A stretch of 64,000 nucleotides of DNA, taken from the NCBI GenBank assembly GCA_963782055.1, contig CAWAIF010000003.1, forward strand, positions 5,056,001-5,120,000, given 5' to 3'. The translations under genes and the position numbers were made by a program. Source of the stretch: an uncultured delta proteobacterium (GTDB lineage Bacteria > Myxococcota_A > Polyangia > Polyangiales > Polyangiaceae). Below, piece by piece: positions 58,765 to 64,000 of the stretch; position 1 is the stretch's first letter, and every line of letters begins with the position of its first letter. The notes under the pieces were generated by a model. The model saw only the letters and a program-made list of their open reading frames with translations. It was not told the origin of the DNA and searched no databases.

Positions 58765-59592
58765 TCACACCCCGCTCCACCCGACACGGCCCGTCGCCGT
58801 GGCTCGGACGGCGTCGCCGAAGGTGCGGACCTGCGCGAGGCGCTCCGCGTCCAGCGGTCCCGCCGCGACGCCCGCGGCGTCCTTCGCCAGCTCCTCGTAG
58901 CTGCGCGGCCCGCACAAAACGACATCCACGTTCGGGTTGGAGAGCGGGAAGCGGTAGCACTCCTCCGGCGTCATCGGCCCGAGCCCGCCCACCGGCGCCA
59001 GCAGCTTGCCCCAGCGCGTCGCGGTGTAGGCGACGATCGCCGGCCGCTTCTCGGGCAGCGTCGCGAAGATCTCCCGCTCCGCCCCGCGGTGCGCGGCGTT
59101 GTAGCGGATCATCAAGAGGTCCACGCCGATCTCGTCGACCAGGCTGCGCGCCATCACCCGGTCGTGGATGGACATGCCGAGGAGCTTCACCTGCCCCTCC
59201 TCCTTCAGCTTGCGCATGGCCGGCCACGTGTTGCCGGTGACGTACCAGTGGTACTGCACCCAGAGGAGCTGGAAGACATCGAGGTGATCGGTGCCCAGCG
59301 CCTTGCACGCCTTCTGGAAGGCGCCGCGGACGCCGAAGCCGGTGGGGACGTTGGCGCCGCAGGCGAGGACGATCTCGTCGCGGTGGCCGGCCTCGATGAG
59401 GCGGCGCAGGCCCTCCACCATCCCGGTCATGCGGGGGGTCACGAAGAAGTAGTTGATGCCCAGCTCGTGGAAGGCGCGCTCGACACCGTCGGCGTCGATG
59501 CCATAGGAGCCCGCGAGGCCGAGGGGGGCGATCTGCGCGGAGGTACCGGGGAGCGGACGATGGGGGAGGTTCACGGGGGGGAAGGTTGCCAT
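58765..59592 (-). CDS. Aldo/keto reductase
   Basis: LGTDHLDVFQL, LKEEGQVKLLGMSIH, IRYNAAHRGAE, SNPNVDVVLCGP. Confidence 0.88.
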   Translation of the reverse strand: MATFPPVNLPHRPLPGTSAQIAPLGLAGSYGIDADGVERAFHELGINYFFVTPRMTGMVEGLRRLIEAGHRDEIVLACGANVPTGFGVRGAFQKACKALGTDHLDVFQLLWVQYHWYVTGNTWPAMRKLKEEGQVKLLGMSIHDRVMARSLVDEIGVDLLMIRYNAAHRGAEREIFATLPEKRPAIVAYTATRWGKLLAPVGGLGPMTPEECYRFPLSNPNVDVVLCGPRSYEELAKDAAGVAAGPLDAERLAQVRTFGDAVRATATGRVGWSGV

Positions 59593-59683
59593 CGGGGGGA
59601 GCAGGTGCCGTTAAGAATTGTTGAGGCGCGGGCGTCGCTGGAGGGGCTTCATTTCCGGCAGGTTTGGACTACCTTGCGCGGCC

Positions 59684-60208
59684 ATGGATCTCCGCGCTGA
59701 CGCCCACATTCCCTTTCCTCGGCCCGTCGTGTTCGCCGCCTACCGCGACAAGCTCACCGACATGCTGGAGTACCTGCCCAACGTCCGGAAGATCGAGGTC
59801 CGCAAGCGAGAGGACGACGGCAAGGTCTCCAAGCTGCTGAACATGTGGCACGGGGGTGGGGACATCCCGGCGGCGGCGCGCGCCTTCGTCAGCGAGGCGA
59901 TGCTCTCCTGGCTGGACTACGCCACCTGGGACGAGGACGCGTTCACCTGCGAGTGGCGCATCGAGCCGCAGGCCTTCACCGAGGCGATCACCTGCGTCGG
60001 GAAGAACCGCTTCCTGGAAGAAGACGGCAAGACGCTGCTGGAGATCCGCGGCGAGATCTCCATCGACCCGAAGAAGCTGAAGGGCGTCCCCGGCTTCCTG
60101 GGCAACAAGGTGGCCAAGGCGGTGGAGGAGCTGCTCGTCTCCAAGATCAAGCCGAACCTGGTGAGCACCGCCGACGGCCTGACGAAGTACCTGCAAGCGA
60201 ACGCGTGA
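59684..60208 (+). CDS. START/SRPBCC-like (DUF2505-like) protein
   Basis: VFAAYRDKL...YLPNV...W...TCEWRIE...GEISID pattern. Confidence 0.65.
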   Translation: MDLRADAHIPFPRPVVFAAYRDKLTDMLEYLPNVRKIEVRKREDDGKVSKLLNMWHGGGDIPAAARAFVSEAMLSWLDYATWDEDAFTCEWRIEPQAFTEAITCVGKNRFLEEDGKTLLEIRGEISIDPKKLKGVPGFLGNKVAKAVEELLVSKIKPNLVSTADGLTKYLQANA

Positions 60209-60336
60209 CGCCGTCGCGAACCTGACCGGCTCCCTCGCGCGCGCGACTCGCGCGCGGTCACGTCCGGCTCGCGACCGCCCGCGGGTGGTGCCCCGGCGCA
60301 CCACGCGAATTCTCGCGGGATCTCGGCTCCGGCCGG

Positions 60337-60352
60337 GGGCATGGGCCTTGCT
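60337..60352 (+). promoter_or_regulatory. Sigma54 -24/-12 promoter candidate giving a near-leaderless transcript
   Basis: GGGCATGGGCCTTGCT (GG-N10-GC); predicted +1 about 60363, ATG at 60364. Confidence 0.45.
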
Positions 60353-60363
60353 GAAGGGACGGC

Positions 60364-61539
60364 ATGCGCCGATGGCTTGGCCTCCTCCTGCTCGCGTGCG
60401 CGCTCACCTGCACTGCCTTCGGGTGCAGCGGCGGCGAGCCGGTCGGGGAGAGCGAGTGGGGGCTCAACACCAACGACAAGCCGGCGTTCCAGTTCTTCGT
60501 CGCCAAGGGCCTCACCAGCTTCCAGGCCGCGGGGATCGTGGGCAACCTGGATCAGGAGTCCAACGTCATCCCGACGGCGGTGCAGCAGGGCGGGCCCGGT
60601 CGTGGGATCGCGCAGTGGTCGGCCGGCGGGCGCTGGGACACCTCCACCAGCGACAACGCCCAGTGGTACGCGAGCAAGAAGGGCGAGAGCGTCTGGTCGC
60701 TGCAGCTCCAGCTGGAGTTCATCTGGTACGAGCTGACGACCTTCTCCGGCTACGGCCTCTCGGCGCTGAAGAAGACGACGAACGTCGGCGACGCGACCGT
60801 CGTCTTCCAGACCGACTTCGAGGGCTGCGGCAACTGCCAGCAGTCGACGCGCATCGCCTACGCGAAGGCGGTGCTCAACGCCTACGGCGCGATCCCCTAC
60901 GCGGCGAAGTTCGTGAGCCAGAGCTTCCCGCTCGCCACGACGACGATGAAGATGACGGCGGGCCAGGTCATCCCGGCGACCATCGAGCTGAAGAACACCG
61001 GGACCAAGGCGTGGGACTCCAAGACGCGCATCGGCACCACGCAGCCGCGCGATCGCACGAGCGCGTTCGCCGACTCCACGTGGATCTCCGCCGACCGCCC
61101 CGCCGGCGTGAAGGGCACCGTGGCGCCCGGCGCGACCTACAAGTTCCAGTTCGACCTCGCCGCGCCGGACAAGCCGGGCACCTACGACGAGTTCTTCGGT
61201 GTCGTGGAGGAGGGCGTCACCTGGTTCAGCGCGGCGGGTCAGGGCGGGCCGCAGGACGACCAGCTGGAGGTGAAGATCAAGGTGGTGGCGGCCGATGGGG
61301 GCACCCCGGCGGACGACGCGGGCACGACCACCGGCGGCGACAGCGACGCAGGCGACGCAGGCGCCCCCGACGGCGCGGACGACCAGGCCCCCGCGATCGA
61401 GTGGAACACCCAGGCGGGCGCGGGGTGCAGCGTCGGCGGCGCGCCCGACCGCCGCACCTCCCGCGCGAGCGGGCTGGGCCTGCTGCTGCTCGGGGGGCTC
61501 GCGGTGAGCCTGCGCCGGCGCCGCACGCGCCGGGTGTGA
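60364..61539 (+). CDS. Phage-tail-lysozyme-like domain + NBR1-type Ig domain + MYXO-CTERM protein
   Basis: QAAGIVGNLDQES, GRGIAQWS..GRW, QLEFIWYEL; YAAKFVSQSFP..LKNTGTKAW; C-terminal AGCSVG + TM + RRRRTRR. Confidence 0.8.
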   Translation: MRRWLGLLLLACALTCTAFGCSGGEPVGESEWGLNTNDKPAFQFFVAKGLTSFQAAGIVGNLDQESNVIPTAVQQGGPGRGIAQWSAGGRWDTSTSDNAQWYASKKGESVWSLQLQLEFIWYELTTFSGYGLSALKKTTNVGDATVVFQTDFEGCGNCQQSTRIAYAKAVLNAYGAIPYAAKFVSQSFPLATTTMKMTAGQVIPATIELKNTGTKAWDSKTRIGTTQPRDRTSAFADSTWISADRPAGVKGTVAPGATYKFQFDLAAPDKPGTYDEFFGVVEEGVTWFSAAGQGGPQDDQLEVKIKVVAADGGTPADDAGTTTGGDSDAGDAGAPDGADDQAPAIEWNTQAGAGCSVGGAPDRRTSRASGLGLLLLGGLAVSLRRRRTRRV

Positions 61540-61540
61540 G

Positions 61541-61939
61541 TTACGGGGCCCGCGTCCCGCGGGGCGACCGCTTCGGGATCTTGCGCTTGGAGGCGGGCGA
61601 GAAGGGATCGACGCCGGGCGCGTACTCGTAGTCGAACGGCCTCGGATCCCGCCGCGGCCACAGGTTGGTGAAGGTGTCCTCGCGCGCCGGACGGTACGCG
61701 ATGCGCATCCGCCGCTCCATCGCGCGGGTCGTGCGCCTGCGGACCGCCCTGTAGGCGGCCACGGGGAAGTCGGTCAGGATGAAGAAGTTGGTCGTGCCTG
61801 ATCCGATGTCGTGCCCGTCGACGACGTGCGACGTCGGCAGGGTGGCGATCAGGTCGTCCTCGAAGGCGACCATGGCGTCGAAGGACGGGAAGAAGTCCCC
61901 GGCGAACTGTACGACGAGCTGGTACTTCCTGGCGGCCAC
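61541..61939 (-). CDS. Hypothetical protein
   Basis: GTG 61939; YQLVVQF, VDGHDIGSGTTNFFILT, AYR..FTNLWP. Confidence 0.7.
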   Translation of the reverse strand: MAARKYQLVVQFAGDFFPSFDAMVAFEDDLIATLPTSHVVDGHDIGSGTTNFFILTDFPVAAYRAVRRRTTRAMERRMRIAYRPAREDTFTNLWPRRDPRPFDYEYAPGVDPFSPASKRKIPKRSPRGTRAP

Positions 61940-61968
61940 TGCGCCGAGCATACCGCGGCGCCGCACGA

Positions 61969-63483
61969 TCAGCGGGCTTTCGGTGCGATCTCCAGCGCGA
62001 CGTCGCGCACGCGCACGTCGCGCAGACTACCCGAGACGCTCTGCGGCGAGAGGTTGCCGAACCGCAGCCCCGCGCTGGCGGCCCCGACGTCCAGCCCGGC
62101 GCGCAGGAGCCGCACCGCACCCAGCGACAGGCGATCCACCCCGGCGTGGACGCCCGTGACGGCGACGTCCAGGTGGCCAGGGACCGGCTCGCCCTCGAAC
62201 GCCATGTGGACGTCGCCGCTGACGGTCACCGACTCGATCGACTTCTTGCCCGTCTCGCCGAGGCGCACCACGCCGCCGCCCAGCGCAACCTCCGCCGGCG
62301 CGGGCACCGAGACGGCGATGGCGATCGGCGCGAAGTCCAGGCGGAGCAGGCGGACCTTCTTCTTCTTGCCCGGCTCGGCCTCCTTGCGGGGCCTGGGCGG
62401 CGGGAGGTGGTACTGCAGCAGACGTCGCAGGCTCACCCGCCCCTGCTTCGCCAGCTCACGGTCGGCGGGATCGACGAGCGACCACGACACCAGCGTGACG
62501 TTGTCGAAGTGGACGATGGGGATCACGTCCAGCTCCAGGATGAGCTCGTCCTTCTCCACCTCGAAGTCCAGGACGGCGTCCTCCAGGGAGGAGAGGCTGT
62601 GCTCGAGGTTCTTGAAGCTGACGGATCCGGCCTCGATCGGGATGCGAAGGGGGTGATGGACCTCCCGGTTCTCCAGGATGGCCAGCGCCGCGGTGACCTT
62701 GGCGTCGACTGCGAGGCTGCCCTCGAGCTGATCGAGCGCGGGGATGTCGGGCATGGCGCGCGGACCGGGCGCGGCCTCGGCCGGCTTCCGCGGCGAGAAG
62801 GTGTGGTCGACCTTCGCCTCGGACAGGGCGACCTCGGCGAGCTCCAGGTGCTGCCCGGCGAAGGACAGACCGCGTGCCTCGACGCCGCCGATCTCCACGG
62901 GAGTGCCCCCCGACGCGAGCGCCACCCCGGTGAGCTGCACGCGCTCCGCGATGACGCGCGGCGGCCCGCCCACCACCTCCACGCGCACCTTCTCGACACG
63001 CATCTCGACGGCCGTGAGCTTCAGCTTCGGGTGGCTCACGCTCATCGCGCGCGCGATCAGCGTCCCCACGGCGACCGCGAGCCTCCCGTCCGCCGCGCGC
63101 TCGACCACCAGGTCATGGACGGTGACGCCACCTGTCACCACCAGCTCCCCCGCCGCGTATTCGATGCCCGCGAGCGCCGCGCTCTTCACGTCCAGGTGCA
63201 TCGTGGTGGCCGCTCCGCCCGGAGGCACCGCGAGCTCGAACCGCACGCCCTCGAGGCGCGAGGATTGCCGCAGCGCGACCTGCCCCGCGCCGATCTGCCA
63301 GAGCGCCTCCGTCACCTCGAGGAGGGCGGAGGCCGCGTCGACGACGTGCCGCCCGGCCTCCAGCGCATAGTAGCCGGTGACCCCGCCCGAGCGCCCGAGG
63401 GCGATCCGGTTCTTGCGACCGTCCGCCACCGCGTTCTCGAAGCGAAACGCGTCAGCGAGCAGAGCCTGGGCGTCGATCCTCAT
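61969..63483 (-). CDS. Hypothetical beta-rich protein
   Basis: ATG 63483; long open frame with an alternating hydrophobic beta pattern; no motif recognised. Confidence 0.65.
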   Translation of the reverse strand: MRIDAQALLADAFRFENAVADGRKNRIALGRSGGVTGYYALEAGRHVVDAASALLEVTEALWQIGAGQVALRQSSRLEGVRFELAVPPGGAATTMHLDVKSAALAGIEYAAGELVVTGGVTVHDLVVERAADGRLAVAVGTLIARAMSVSHPKLKLTAVEMRVEKVRVEVVGGPPRVIAERVQLTGVALASGGTPVEIGGVEARGLSFAGQHLELAEVALSEAKVDHTFSPRKPAEAAPGPRAMPDIPALDQLEGSLAVDAKVTAALAILENREVHHPLRIPIEAGSVSFKNLEHSLSSLEDAVLDFEVEKDELILELDVIPIVHFDNVTLVSWSLVDPADRELAKQGRVSLRRLLQYHLPPPRPRKEAEPGKKKKVRLLRLDFAPIAIAVSVPAPAEVALGGGVVRLGETGKKSIESVTVSGDVHMAFEGEPVPGHLDVAVTGVHAGVDRLSLGAVRLLRAGLDVGAASAGLRFGNLSPQSVSGSLRDVRVRDVALEIAPKAR

Positions 63484-63581
63484 GACGATCGAACATACCG
63501 GATCCACTCCATGGCGCCCGAGCGGCGCACCATTTGCCGGCATGTCCCGGAGCACGCACGCGAGGAGCGCGCGCTTCGCCG

Positions 63582-63597
63582 TGGCGTATCCCTTGCA
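63582..63597 (+). promoter_or_regulatory. Sigma54 -24/-12 promoter candidate
   Basis: TGGCGTATCCCTTGCA (GG-N10-GC), 26 nt before ATG 63624. Confidence 0.6.
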
Positions 63598-63623
63598 ACT
63601 CTACCGGGCGCCGCTTCCGAACG

Positions 63624-64000
63624 ATGAGGATCGCCACCGCCACCCTGACGCTCTTGCTGACCTCGCTCGCCGCTTCCGCGCGCGCAGAGGCGCCCGCCGA
63701 CACGCAGAAGGTGCCGCCCGAACCGAAAGCTGCGTCGACCGCGGCCGCCCCTGCCACCACGCGGGCCTCGACGCCGCACGCCACGGGGAGCCTCCACTGG
63801 GATCCGGCCCACCCGCGCTTCCGGCCGTGGGAGTACGCGCTCACCGGGGCGGTCGGGCCGGTGGCCTTCGCCGAGTACTTCTTCGTGCGCCCCCAGAGCA
63901 CGCCGAGCTGGCAGGGCGGGATCCTCTTCGACGACGCCGCGCGCGACGCCCTCCGCCTCCGCTCGCCCGTCGGACAGCGCGCCTCGTGGACGATGGCCGA
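63624..64000 (+). CDS. Exported/membrane protein, possibly PAP2-family (partial, runs off the window)
   Basis: MRIATATLTLLLTSLAASARA signal; WDPAHPRFRPWEY, WQGGILFDDAARDALRL. Catalytic motifs would lie outside the window. Confidence 0.55.
   Translation, partial: MRIATATLTLLLTSLAASARAEAPADTQKVPPEPKAASTAAAPATTRASTPHATGSLHWDPAHPRFRPWEYALTGAVGPVAFAEYFFVRPQSTPSWQGGILFDDAARDALRLRSPVGQRASWTMA

Noticed and set aside
60364..61539. Prophage remnant
   Set aside because: The single phage-like domain is embedded in a host-type secreted protein; no other phage genes or integrase were seen.

Overview
High-GC, gene-dense bacterial DNA that most resembles a myxobacterium (Myxococcota, probably Polyangiaceae-like). 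That call is an inference from MYXO-CTERM sorting tails, many lipoproteins with acidic DAG linkers, Ser/Thr kinases and an FHA-sigma54 activator. About 52 real CDSs are recognisable; most of the long overlapping ORFs in the track are GC-rich shadow frames. Housekeeping genes include gltB-gltD, truD, pip, an FKBP, exbB-exbD-tonB with a Grx4-rhodanese fusion, a cN-II nucleotidase, MFS/EamA transporters and SDR/AKR/LLM oxidoreductases. I saw no rRNA, tRNA, CRISPR array, transposase or integrase. Best candidates for undescribed biology: (1) a divergent, all-lipoprotein metal/redox cluster at 9790-15882 (ferritin-like diiron protein, 789-aa unknown, beta-propeller/MauG-type diheme fusion, cytochrome P460-like protein) centred on a symmetric Fur-box-like operator; (2) a locus at 56.3-58.7 kb whose large lipoprotein gene has a G10 tract that puts the SD-led ATG out of frame (possible phase variation), followed by a coupled Cys-rich lipoprotein and a decayed orphan copy of the gene junction; (3) a lipoprotein with five tandem knottin-spaced Cys modules; (4) a standalone tandem PARP-type zinc-finger protein; (5) a lysozyme-Ig-MYXO-CTERM surface protein. 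There are also several sigma54 -24/-12 promoters, a recurrent leaderless-gene signature and a REP-like palindrome that supplies stop codons. All family assignments come from motif recognition by eye; no database search was run.
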